DNA of 63,452 nt, taken from positions 1-63,452 of IMG/VR virus record IMGVR_UViG_3300005512_000028. One strand, 5' to 3'. The position numbers and the translations under genes were made by a program. The notes beneath the pieces were generated by a model. It was not told where the DNA came from. It did not search any database and was given only the letters and a program-made list of their open reading frames with translations. The stretch comes from a virus (lineage: Duplodnaviria; Caudoviricetes). Positions 17,002-26,106 of the stretch are shown piece after piece. Positions within the stretch are counted from its first letter, which is position 1. Every line of letters begins with the position of its first letter.

Positions 17002-18390
17002 ATGCCATCCATAGGTGCGCGTCTACGCGCCGTGATGAAACGCAAGCTGCGCCGGTTCCAAATCCGCGCCGTTCGCTTCACCGAGAAGCGAAACGGCCGA
17101 GTCATCATCGGGGACGAAATGGGGCTGGGCAAGACGGCAGAGGCCATCGCATGGGCAGCTATCAATCCGAAGGCTAGGCCCGCCCTCGTCATCTGCCCCG
17201 CGTCGGTGAAGTACAACTGGGAGGACGAACTCCGCATCAACGCCGGGCTACGATGCACAGTCCTAAGCGGACGCAACCCCCGTCCCTTCCGCCCACGAAA
17301 CGGCATCGCCGTCATCAACTACGCCATCCTATGGCAGTGGCGTGACCTTCTCTCCAGCATGCACTTCCGTCTGGCCATCCTAGACGAGTGCCACCACATC
17401 AAAAACAGGCAGGCCAAGCGCACGCAGGCCGCATCCATGCTCGCCTCCGCTTGCCCCCACGTCATCTGCATCTCCGGTACCCCCATCGTCAACAAGCCCG
17501 TCGAGTACTTCCCCATTCTCCATCTCATCGACCCCGACGCGTTCCCCGCCTTCTGGCCATACGCCATGCGGTACTGTAGCCCCTGCCGCGGGTATCGTGG
17601 CAGAGGCTGGCTCTTCCCGGGCGCAACGCACGTCGAAGAGCTACACGCAAAAACGTCCGGCCTGATCATCCGACGAACGAAAGCGGAGGTCCTAACCGAG
17701 CTCCCACCCAAGGTCTCAACTACGCTCCGTGTAGACATCACCAATGCCAAGGCGTACAAGCGCGCCGAGGACAACGTCATCAAGTACATACTCCACGCGA
17801 AGGGGAGGGCAGCCGCCACGCGAGCAATGCGGGCACCGCGGTTGGCGAAGCTATCCGCGCTCACGCGAATCACAGCCGAGGGCAAGATCGCGCCCGCCAT
17901 CGAGTGGATTCGGGACTTCCTCGATACCACCGACCAGAAGCTGGTGGTCTTCGGAGTGCACCGCAACGTCATAGACGGCATCCACAAGAAGTTCCGAGGC
18001 GCGCTTCGTATCGATGGGTCCGTGCCCACCAGCAAACGCGGGAGCATCGTCAATGCCTTCCAAACGCAGCCGACCAAGCGCCTCTTCCTCGGCAACATAC
18101 GCGCGGCCGGAGAGGGCATCACACTCCACGCGGCGAGTACCGTCCTCTTCGTCGAGTTCGGATGGACGCCCGGAGGCGTCGACCAAGCAGCAGCCAGAGT
18201 CCATCGTCTTGGCCAGAAGGCGAGTCGCATCAACATCTACTTCATGGCGGGGCGTGGTACGGTAGACGAGAAGATCCTCAGCGTCATCCACAAGAAGCGA
18301 GACGTCGTCGGGCGTGTCGTGGACGGCGACACACCAACCGCTACCGCTACCGCCGTCGTCAACCTCTTACAGAAGGAGCGAAAGCAGTGA
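17002..18390 (+). CDS. SNF2-family (HARP/SMARCAL1-like) helicase
   Basis: GDEMGLGKT, LDECH, SGTP, GEGITL, QAAARVHRLGQ. Confidence 0.92.
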   Translation: MPSIGARLRAVMKRKLRRFQIRAVRFTEKRNGRVIIGDEMGLGKTAEAIAWAAINPKARPALVICPASVKYNWEDELRINAGLRCTVLSGRNPRPFRPRNGIAVINYAILWQWRDLLSSMHFRLAILDECHHIKNRQAKRTQAASMLASACPHVICISGTPIVNKPVEYFPILHLIDPDAFPAFWPYAMRYCSPCRGYRGRGWLFPGATHVEELHAKTSGLIIRRTKAEVLTELPPKVSTTLRVDITNAKAYKRAEDNVIKYILHAKGRAAATRAMRAPRLAKLSALTRITAEGKIAPAIEWIRDFLDTTDQKLVVFGVHRNVIDGIHKKFRGALRIDGSVPTSKRGSIVNAFQTQPTKRLFLGNIRAAGEGITLHAASTVLFVEFGWTPGGVDQAAARVHRLGQKASRINIYFMAGRGTVDEKILSVIHKKRDVVGRVVDGDTPTATATAVVNLLQKERKQ

Positions 18391-18563
18391 CTACAAAAAC
18401 ACGCACCCCCAAAAGGGAGCGCCACGGACAGCTCATGATTTGGGGCGTGACCCCGAGGGTAAGAAACCGATTCAAAGCGGCATGTGCCAGCAAGGGTATA
18501 ACGATGCGGGACGCCATCATCCGTATGATAACGCGCTTCGCAGACGAGGCCCTTCGTCAATGA
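18387..18563 (+). CDS. Small ribbon-helix-helix-like protein
   Basis: GTG start after AAGGAG; LMIWGVTPRVRNRFKAACASKGITMRDAII. Confidence 0.65.
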   Translation: MTTKTRTPKRERHGQLMIWGVTPRVRNRFKAACASKGITMRDAIIRMITRFADEALRQ

Positions 18564-19480
18564 TAGACATCATCCGTCTCTGCCAACGGTACCGCGTACC
18601 GTACCTCGAAAGCGGCAGCCCGCACTGCGGCGTAGGCTGGGTCCAACTAGACTGCCCGTGGTGCCAAGACAGCGACGACTGGCATCTCGGATTCAACATC
18701 GACGGCGGCTACTTCCACTGCTGGAAATGCGGTGGGCACTCAGCCGTATCGGTCGTCTCGGCTCTTCTGCATATCAACGACGCGGCTACCGTCAGGTCAA
18801 TCATCGGGCGATACCAGCGAACAGGCACGCACGAAGCATCCGCCCCCATTGAACGACACACCAACATCGACCCGCCCGCAGGATGCGGCCCGCTGTCCCC
18901 ACCACACCGACGATACCTCAAACGGAGGAGGTACAGGCCGGGCCATCTTTCGCGTCTATGGGGCATCCGAGGCACACGATACTCGGTGCCGGGCTGGTCG
19001 TGGCGTATCATCATCCCTATCCGCAACGCGTCCCACGACATCGTAGCGTACCAAGGCAGAGCCATCGCATCGTCGGTGGAGCCGAAGTACAGAATGTCCC
19101 GAAACGAAGACATCGTAGACGACCCGCATACGCTGCTCTATGGCATCGAGAAGGTCCCGGGAGATACCGTACTCATTGTCGAAGGCGTAACAGGCGTCTG
19201 GCGGCTGGGCCCCGGTGCCGTGGCGACCTTCGGCATCGACTGGCATACGCAGCAGGCCAATATCCTCCGTAAGTACAGGCGGCGGTTTATCATGTTCGAC
19301 CCCGAAAAGGAGGCGCAGCAGCAGGCGACTAAGCTCGCCAATTGGATGTCCATCTACCCCGGCGAAACCGAACTCATCGATGGCCTTTCGTCGGACCCCG
19401 GCGACCTCACGGATGCGGCCGCACAAAGCATCATGGCCGACATTGGTATAACACCCGTCCCCCACAGGAGCATCCTATGA
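18560..19480 (+). CDS. DNA primase (Zn finger plus TOPRIM)
   Basis: CPWC...CWKC, IIIPI, YQGR, IVEGVTG, FDPE, DPGD. Confidence 0.88.
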   Translation: MIDIIRLCQRYRVPYLESGSPHCGVGWVQLDCPWCQDSDDWHLGFNIDGGYFHCWKCGGHSAVSVVSALLHINDAATVRSIIGRYQRTGTHEASAPIERHTNIDPPAGCGPLSPPHRRYLKRRRYRPGHLSRLWGIRGTRYSVPGWSWRIIIPIRNASHDIVAYQGRAIASSVEPKYRMSRNEDIVDDPHTLLYGIEKVPGDTVLIVEGVTGVWRLGPGAVATFGIDWHTQQANILRKYRRRFIMFDPEKEAQQQATKLANWMSIYPGETELIDGLSSDPGDLTDAAAQSIMADIGITPVPHRSIL

Positions 19481-20514
19481 GCAAACGCACCGGGCCGTTT
19501 AACCCATACAAGCAGTTCAACGGCGCTATCATTCCCAACGGACTCGCCGCCTACCCAGGCATCAGTCCGACGGCCAAGCTGGTCTGGTCACGCTTGGTGT
19601 ACCACGCTTACAAGCACGGTGTTGCGTGGCCCAAGCAAACCACGCTCGCATCGGAGGTGGGGCTAAGCAAACGCCAAGTACAAAGGGCGATTAAGGAATT
19701 GGAGTCCGCCTCGTTCATCGTCGTTCAGCACCCAAAGCAGGTGAAACGCTTCGCCCACTGCGCGTGTCGATACTACTTCATCAAGCATCCGTGCCTACAG
19801 TCCGATGAAGTAGACCAAAACGCGGCAGATAAACAATGGCAGTCCCATGCTCTACGCCACCTTTCTGGCGATGAAAACCATGGGACCCACCAGGTACCGG
19901 ATGTGTCCACTGCGGAGTGGACGGATGTGTCCACTGCGGAGTGGACGGATGTGTCCACTCTAAAGGAAAGAGACAAAGAGGAAAGAAGAGACAGAGTGTC
20001 GGCCGTCGCTAACGCGACGAGCCGACGGCGTGTCTCTTCCAAACGCCAAAACGACCCCAACCATCCACGCTGGTTGAAATACGCCAAGAAACTCCACACG
20101 GCGGTGTACGCCATAACACACGTCAACCGGACGCGCCATCTACCTCAATGGGCCAAGCAGCTGGAACGGCTGCACCGAATCGATAAGGTGCCGCGCGACC
20201 GCATCAAACGCGTTCTGGACTGGTATGTATCCGCACTGCCAGATGCAGACCAGTACATGCCACAGGGATTCTGTGGTAAGTCGTTCCGCGAGAAGTTCGC
20301 CAAGATCGAATCCGCAATGCATCGCAAGAGTAGAAACGGAACGCAACACGGCACGGAACGACCGGGCCCTGTAATGCCAGACCCGATGAAGAACGGCTAC
20401 TGCAGAACATGGCGAGATGCAAATGGCGAGGTCGTCCGTGTAGAAGACGGCCTCGATAAGAATGGCAACCCCGCCAAGGCTGCGAAACGGCCGCGGAAAC
20501 GTAAGGGACACTGA
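19477..20514 (+). CDS. HTH replication initiator-like protein
   Basis: ISPTAKLVW...WPKQTTLASEVGLSKRQVQRAIKEL; internal 24-bp repeats. Confidence 0.75.
   Translation: MSKRTGPFNPYKQFNGAIIPNGLAAYPGISPTAKLVWSRLVYHAYKHGVAWPKQTTLASEVGLSKRQVQRAIKELESASFIVVQHPKQVKRFAHCACRYYFIKHPCLQSDEVDQNAADKQWQSHALRHLSGDENHGTHQVPDVSTAEWTDVSTAEWTDVSTLKERDKEERRDRVSAVANATSRRRVSSKRQNDPNHPRWLKYAKKLHTAVYAITHVNRTRHLPQWAKQLERLHRIDKVPRDRIKRVLDWYVSALPDADQYMPQGFCGKSFREKFAKIESAMHRKSRNGTQHGTERPGPVMPDPMKNGYCRTWRDANGEVVRVEDGLDKNGNPAKAAKRPRKRKGH
19898..19959. repeat. 24-bp tandem repeats (about 2.6 copies), candidate origin iterons
   Basis: CGGATGTGTCCACTGCGGAGTGGA with internal palindrome GTCCACT/AGTGGAC, followed by an A/purine-rich tract. 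Confidence 0.7.
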
Positions 20515-20516
20515 TA

Positions 20517-21959
20517 GTGAGACGACGAAGAGTAGACTCCGGGCTGGAACGCCAGTTCCTCATCGCCATGACTACGTCGAAGGCGTTCCTCGCCACGGCA
20601 TCGTCCGCACTAGACCCAACGCTGCTCCAATCCAAGCCCGCCCAGCGGATAGCGGAGTGGTGCCTAGAATACTACCGGGCCAACGACGTTGCGCCGTGTC
20701 GCAACATCGAGGCTGTATACTACGCCTGGGCCGAGAGCGGCGAAAGTAGCGACACGGAGGCCGAGGCGGTTCACGACCTGCTGGAGTTCCTGTCTGGCGA
20801 GTTCGACCGGGCGGGGGAGCTGAACATACCACATCTCCTCGACGAGATGGGCCGGTACATAACAATACGCTCGCTGGCCCGACTACAGGACTCGTTGGCC
20901 GGCGCGCTGGCTGGGAACGATAGGGAGGCTGCGGAGGAGCTGGTTACATCGTATACGTCCCCGTTGATAGGACAAGGCGTCGGCTTCGACCCGCTGACGG
21001 ACCGCGCCGCTTGGCATCGAGCGTTCGCAGACCCGCAGGAACCCCTCATCCGATTCCCCGGAGACGTCGGGCGCTTTTTGAATGCGGCGCTGACTCGCGA
21101 TGCGCTCATAGCAGTACAGGGGCCGGAGAAGTCAGGCAAGACGCACTGGTGCGTTGAGTTTGCGATGCGTGCCCTTCGATGCCATCGGAAGGTAGCTCTG
21201 TTTGAGGTGGGCGACCTTAGTGAAAGCCAGATCATGCTAAGGCTTGGCGTGCGGCTTAGTGGCCTGCCCCTCTGGAAAGACCAGTGTGGCGAGGTACCCA
21301 TTCCGTTCAAACTGACACACAGGCCCAAGGAAGAGATGGAGGTGGACGAGCGAGGAGCCCCACGGGTCGACGTGTCATACAAGTACAGAGACTGCAAACA
21401 GACCGTATCGTACAAGGCATGCAGACGCGCCTGTCGGAAGTACCTGCGTGCCTGTGGTATCACGCGAGAGCACCCCGGCATTATGGTGTCCGTCCATCCT
21501 AATACATCGATCAGCGTTGGCGGCATTGACATAGTACTTCGGCGCTGGCGGCAGGAGCGCGGCTTCGTGCCCGACGTTGTCATCATAGACTACGCCGACA
21601 TCCTCGCGCCGGAGGAGACGTCCGGCAGATTCGACTTCCGCCACCAGGTCAACGAGACGTGGAAGGCGCTGCGTCGCTTGAGTCAGGAGTGGCACGCCCT
21701 TGTGGTAACGCCTACACAGGCCGACGCCGCAAGCTACGCGGCCGATGTACAGAGCATGCGTAACTTCTCCGAGGACAAACGGAAGATGGCCCACGTCACT
21801 GGCGTGCTTGGCCTGAACCAGACGGACCGGGAGAAGGAGATAGGGGTACAGCGGTTGAACTGGATCATACTTCGAGAGTCGGGATTCATCTCCCGTCGGT
21901 GCCTACACGTTGGCCAGTGCCTGTCGCTGGGCCACGCCTTTACATGCGGAGTGCTATGA
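20517..21959 (+). CDS. DnaB-like replicative helicase
   Basis: GPEKSGKT, VIIDYADIL, LRRLSQE, VTPTQ, SEDKRK. Confidence 0.85.
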   Translation: MRRRRVDSGLERQFLIAMTTSKAFLATASSALDPTLLQSKPAQRIAEWCLEYYRANDVAPCRNIEAVYYAWAESGESSDTEAEAVHDLLEFLSGEFDRAGELNIPHLLDEMGRYITIRSLARLQDSLAGALAGNDREAAEELVTSYTSPLIGQGVGFDPLTDRAAWHRAFADPQEPLIRFPGDVGRFLNAALTRDALIAVQGPEKSGKTHWCVEFAMRALRCHRKVALFEVGDLSESQIMLRLGVRLSGLPLWKDQCGEVPIPFKLTHRPKEEMEVDERGAPRVDVSYKYRDCKQTVSYKACRRACRKYLRACGITREHPGIMVSVHPNTSISVGGIDIVLRRWRQERGFVPDVVIIDYADILAPEETSGRFDFRHQVNETWKALRRLSQEWHALVVTPTQADAASYAADVQSMRNFSEDKRKMAHVTGVLGLNQTDREKEIGVQRLNWIILRESGFISRRCLHVGQCLSLGHAFTCGVL

Positions 21960-21960
21960 A

Positions 21961-22716
21961 ATGAGACCTGTTCTGTTTGGCTACTTCGGAAGCAAGGTGA
22001 AGATCGCACGGCGGTATCCGGCCCCTGTCTACCCGACCATCGTCGAGCCGTTCGCTGGCGCGGCGGGCTACTCGTGCTGGCATTACAAACGGAACGTGAT
22101 GCTATGGGACATCTACCCGGTCGTGGTCAAAGTGATATCGTGGCTGATCCGTGCGAAGCCCGAGGACGTTCTGAAGCTCCCGCTCCTGAAGCGAGAAGAC
22201 CTCATCGACGACCTCCCCATCAGCGACGACGCCAAAGCCCTGCTGGGGTTTTGGGCAGGGCAGTGCTACAAGGCACCGGCCAAGCGGCTGTCGATCTGGG
22301 GTGACCAGTACCCGGACACAAGTAAGTGGTCATTCAAGTGCAGACGCCGGTTGGCTGTGACCGTGACGAAGATCAAGCACTGGAAGATACACCAGGGCAG
22401 CTACACTGACATTCCCGTCGACGAGATCGGCCCCGCCACGTGGTTTGTCGACCCCCCATATCAGGTAATGGGGAAGTCGTACCAGCACGGGTCCGATGCT
22501 ATTGATTACAAGGCACTGGGCGAGTGGTGCCGTGCACTGCCCGGACAGGTCATCGTCTGCGAAAACCTGGGGGCGGACTGGCTGCCCTTCCGCCCCTTCT
22601 GCAAACTGGTAGGGGCGAACAGGCGGCATAAGGGCGACAGTAAACTGAGAACCAACACCGAGGCCATCTGGACGAAGAATGGTAATGAGTACCCGTCGCT
22701 GCTAGGAGATATATGA
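21961..22716 (+). CDS. Dam-like adenine methyltransferase, paralog 1
   Basis: YFGSK, EPFAG, DPPY. Confidence 0.8.
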   Translation: MRPVLFGYFGSKVKIARRYPAPVYPTIVEPFAGAAGYSCWHYKRNVMLWDIYPVVVKVISWLIRAKPEDVLKLPLLKREDLIDDLPISDDAKALLGFWAGQCYKAPAKRLSIWGDQYPDTSKWSFKCRRRLAVTVTKIKHWKIHQGSYTDIPVDEIGPATWFVDPPYQVMGKSYQHGSDAIDYKALGEWCRALPGQVIVCENLGADWLPFRPFCKLVGANRRHKGDSKLRTNTEAIWTKNGNEYPSLLGDI

Positions 22717-22717
22717 T

Positions 22718-23479
22718 ATGGCCGTGCGTCTCTTCTCATACTTCGGAAGCAAGGTGCGTATAGCCAAACGCTATCCGGCTCCTGTCTACCCGACCATCGT
22801 CGAGCCGTTCGCTGGCGCGGCGGGCTACTCATGCCTGCATTTTCACAAGCAGGTCCGGCTATGGGAAGTGAACCCTACCATTCACGGCGCGATCAACTAC
22901 ATAATCCAGAGCGACCCGGAGGCGATTCGCAGCCTCCCGCTGCTTGGCAATGCAGACTCCATCGACGACCTCCGTATCGAGCAGGAGGCAAAGTGGCTCA
23001 TTGGTTTGTGGTCGGCCACCGCCGCAGCGCATCCCGGCAAGTGCCTGTACAAGTGGGCCCGCGAGGGAGGCAACAAGAGCGGATATTGGTCGGCCAAGTG
23101 CAGACGTCGGTTAGCGGTGACGGCAGCGAAGATTAAGCACTGGGAGGTGCATCTCGGCAGCTACACCGACATCCCCGTCGACGAGATCGGCCCCGCCACG
23201 TGGTTTGTCGACCCTCCGTACCAAGACGCGGGGAGGCACTACCCATTCGGGTCGTCTCTGATAGATTACACTAAGCTAGGCGAGTGGTGCCGTGCACTGC
23301 CCGGACAGGTTATCGTCTGCGAAAACGAGGGGGCGGATTGGCTGCCGTTCCGCCCGTTGTGCAGTTTCTCGGGCGCAGCAAAGGCAGGCAAGAGCAGACG
23401 CATAACCACAGAGGCCGTGTGGATGCAGAATGGGAACGAGTACCCCGGACTTTTCCGGCGCGCGAACGACGCCCGGTGA
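22718..23479 (+). CDS. Dam-like adenine methyltransferase, paralog 2
   Basis: Same motifs; long DNA identity with paralog 1. Confidence 0.8.
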   Translation: MAVRLFSYFGSKVRIAKRYPAPVYPTIVEPFAGAAGYSCLHFHKQVRLWEVNPTIHGAINYIIQSDPEAIRSLPLLGNADSIDDLRIEQEAKWLIGLWSATAAAHPGKCLYKWAREGGNKSGYWSAKCRRRLAVTAAKIKHWEVHLGSYTDIPVDEIGPATWFVDPPYQDAGRHYPFGSSLIDYTKLGEWCRALPGQVIVCENEGADWLPFRPLCSFSGAAKAGKSRRITTEAVWMQNGNEYPGLFRRANDAR

Positions 23480-23510
23480 CGAGTGTATATAGAAAGGAAT
23501 CGAAAAGCGT

Positions 23511-23882
23511 ATGATATACTTGGCCTCTCCATATACGGACCCCAGCCCGCGTGTACGCGAGGCACGGTTCAAGTTGGTGTGCCGAGCCGCCGCGCGTCTC
23601 ATGGCGGAGGGGCACGTCATCTTCTCGCCCATCGCCCATACACACCCGATCGCTGTGGCGGGCGTCTTACCCACCGATTGGGCGTACTGGCAGAAGTTCG
23701 ACGAGGAGTTCATCGCGGCCTCGACTGAGCTCTGGGTCTATACATTAATAGGCTGGCGAAAGTCCCGCGGGGTTGGAGCGGAGATAGGGCTGGCACAACA
23801 GTTCGGCAAGCCCATCTCACTTGTATCGCCGGGCACGCTCACGGTAAGCGAGTACAAACCAGAACAGAGGAGTGGTACATGA
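23511..23882 (+). CDS. DUF1937 / nucleoside deoxyribosyltransferase-like protein
   Basis: IYLASPY, FSPIAHTH, GWRKSRGVGAEI. Confidence 0.8.
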   Translation: MIYLASPYTDPSPRVREARFKLVCRAAARLMAEGHVIFSPIAHTHPIAVAGVLPTDWAYWQKFDEEFIAASTELWVYTLIGWRKSRGVGAEIGLAQQFGKPISLVSPGTLTVSEYKPEQRSGT

Positions 23883-24904
23883 AGGTCATCAGGCAGGAGC
23901 TGACGGATGCACTGGACAAGGCGGCGGTAGGTCTATCGGCACAAGAGGTACTGGAGCAGTCCAACTGCTTCGTCTTCGAGTCGGACGCCGTCGCCGCATT
24001 CAACGATGAGGTTATGGTATCGTGCCCCATCCACATTGGCGTTACGGAGGCCATCGCGGTGAGCGCCAAGGACATGATGGCGATGCTGGCCCGGTTCCCC
24101 GACGACGCCGTGGACATCCAGCGCAAAGGGCCGGACCTCGTCATCAAGGGAGCGCGGAAGGCGGCGGGCATCGCGTGCGAGTCGGAGATTACACTCCCGC
24201 TGGCGCAGGTCCCTCGTCCGAAGAAATGGCGCGCGATCGACGAGCATGGGTTTGAACTGATACAGCAGGCCGCGCGGTCGTGCGGGAAGGACCTGACCCA
24301 GTACCTCACCACCTGCGTGCATATCACACCCGACTACATTGAGGCGTGTGACAACTTCAGGCTGTTCCGTGCCACCCACGCATGCGGCATTCAGAAAGAG
24401 CTGCTCGTGCCTGCCCAGGCCATTCACGCCATACACGGGCTCTCGCCCACCCACGTCACCACGAAGAGCGGATGGCTGCATCTCAAGGGCGACGAGTTCA
24501 CTGCCGCCATCCGATGCACGCACGAGAAGTACCACGACGACATCGACGGGCTGCTCGGCTCTATGAAGGGCCGGAAGGTGAAACTCCCGAGCAACCTCCG
24601 CGAGATGCTCAACCGCGCGGAGGTGATGCAGGACGCGGGGCACGACACTCGTGTTACCATTACAATTGGCGGTGGCAAGCTGCGTATCGAATCTCGGAAG
24701 GACAGCGGATGGTACCGGGAGACGAAGAAGGTCGCGTACACGGGCCCGGAGATCGCATTCGAAGTCAACCCGCAGTTCATGCACGACATCCTCAAACTGA
24801 CCCGCCGCGTCACTATCACGAACGATATGAAGCAGATGCAAATTGCAGTTGACGATATACAGTTCGTGGTCAGTCTGATAGCCAAGGGCACGGACGAAGA
24901 CTGA
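23879..24904 (+). CDS. Beta sliding clamp-like protein
   Basis: 341 aa; ACDNFRL, FEVNPQFM; near polymerase and clamp loader. Confidence 0.7.
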   Translation: MKVIRQELTDALDKAAVGLSAQEVLEQSNCFVFESDAVAAFNDEVMVSCPIHIGVTEAIAVSAKDMMAMLARFPDDAVDIQRKGPDLVIKGARKAAGIACESEITLPLAQVPRPKKWRAIDEHGFELIQQAARSCGKDLTQYLTTCVHITPDYIEACDNFRLFRATHACGIQKELLVPAQAIHAIHGLSPTHVTTKSGWLHLKGDEFTAAIRCTHEKYHDDIDGLLGSMKGRKVKLPSNLREMLNRAEVMQDAGHDTRVTITIGGGKLRIESRKDSGWYRETKKVAYTGPEIAFEVNPQFMHDILKLTRRVTITNDMKQMQIAVDDIQFVVSLIAKGTDED

Positions 24905-26106
24905 TGGGATTCTTCCAACCATCAACATGGACGACCAAAAAGAAGACGCGGGCGCTCCCTCGCTGCGGCCAGTGCGGGCTGGCCAAGCAGTGCATCTCCC
25001 CGCGGATGCAGCCGTACGGAGAGGGGCGTCGTGGCATCCTCATCGTTGGCGAAGCGCCGGGTGAGACGGAAGATAGGCAGGGGCGTCCGTTCATAGGCAA
25101 CGCAGGGCGTCTTCTACGTAGCGTAGCCAAGAACGCACACCTGAACCTCGACCGGGACTGCTGGCTTACGAACGCGGTGATCTGTAGACCACCGAAGAAC
25201 ACCATCGACGATATGTATATAGAGGCGTGCCGTCCTAACCTTATCAAGACCATCAAGCGGCTACAGCCACGCGTCGTCGTACTGCTCGGCCTGTCCGCGA
25301 TCAAGTCGCTGATCGGCACAGAGTGGGGCCGCGACATCGGGCCCATGAGTCGGTGGGCGGGCTGGTCGATACCGAGCCGGGCCGCAAACGCATGGGTATG
25401 TCCATCCTACCATCCGTCCTATCTAATGAGGTCGAACGAGGACCTTGTACTGATGCAGAAAGCGGAGGGCGACTTGGCGAACGCCGTGTCGTTAGCGTCG
25501 GGACAAGCCCCACCCATTCTCAAACTCGAGGAGCTGCAGCGAAGTGTAGAGGTCATCGAGGACCCCCAACGCGCGCTCGTCCGTATGAGAAACCTCGCCA
25601 AGCAGTCAGGGGTGTTGGCCTTTGACTACGAGACGACGGGCCTCAAGCCGGAAAGAGCCGAGCAGCGTATTGTCTCGGTGTCGTTCTGCCTCGATGGAGC
25701 GGACACGTTCGCGTGTATGCTAAGCAAACGCCACCACAGTGCGCTGTCTCGGATACTCAGAAACCCCAAGCTCAAGAAGGTAGCATCCAACCTCAAGTTC
25801 GAGGAGCGATGGACGCGTCACGTACTGGGGCATCCCGTGGCTAACTGGCATTGGGACACGATGCTCGCCGCTCACGTTCTCGATAACCGGTCCGGTATAA
25901 CGTCGCTGAAGTTCCAAGTGTATGTTGAGTTCGGTGTACCCGACTACGAGGCGCATGTAGAGAAGCTACTGAAGGCGAAGAAGGCGAACGATATCAACCG
26001 TATAGCCGAGATACACCCACGGGACCTCCTTATCTACAACGGAATGGACTCCCTCTTGGAGTATATGCTGTGTCAAAGACAACGACTGTACATGGGCCTT
26101 GCCTGA
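24904..26106 (+). CDS. Family-4 uracil-DNA glycosylase plus 3'-5' exonuclease (N-half of an SPO1-type polymerase)
   Basis: CGQC, VGEAPG, PFIGNAG, NAVICRP, YHPSY; FDYETTG, NLKFE, DTML, YNGMD. Confidence 0.9.
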   Translation: MGFFQPSTWTTKKKTRALPRCGQCGLAKQCISPRMQPYGEGRRGILIVGEAPGETEDRQGRPFIGNAGRLLRSVAKNAHLNLDRDCWLTNAVICRPPKNTIDDMYIEACRPNLIKTIKRLQPRVVVLLGLSAIKSLIGTEWGRDIGPMSRWAGWSIPSRAANAWVCPSYHPSYLMRSNEDLVLMQKAEGDLANAVSLASGQAPPILKLEELQRSVEVIEDPQRALVRMRNLAKQSGVLAFDYETTGLKPERAEQRIVSVSFCLDGADTFACMLSKRHHSALSRILRNPKLKKVASNLKFEERWTRHVLGHPVANWHWDTMLAAHVLDNRSGITSLKFQVYVEFGVPDYEAHVEKLLKAKKANDINRIAEIHPRDLLIYNGMDSLLEYMLCQRQRLYMGLA

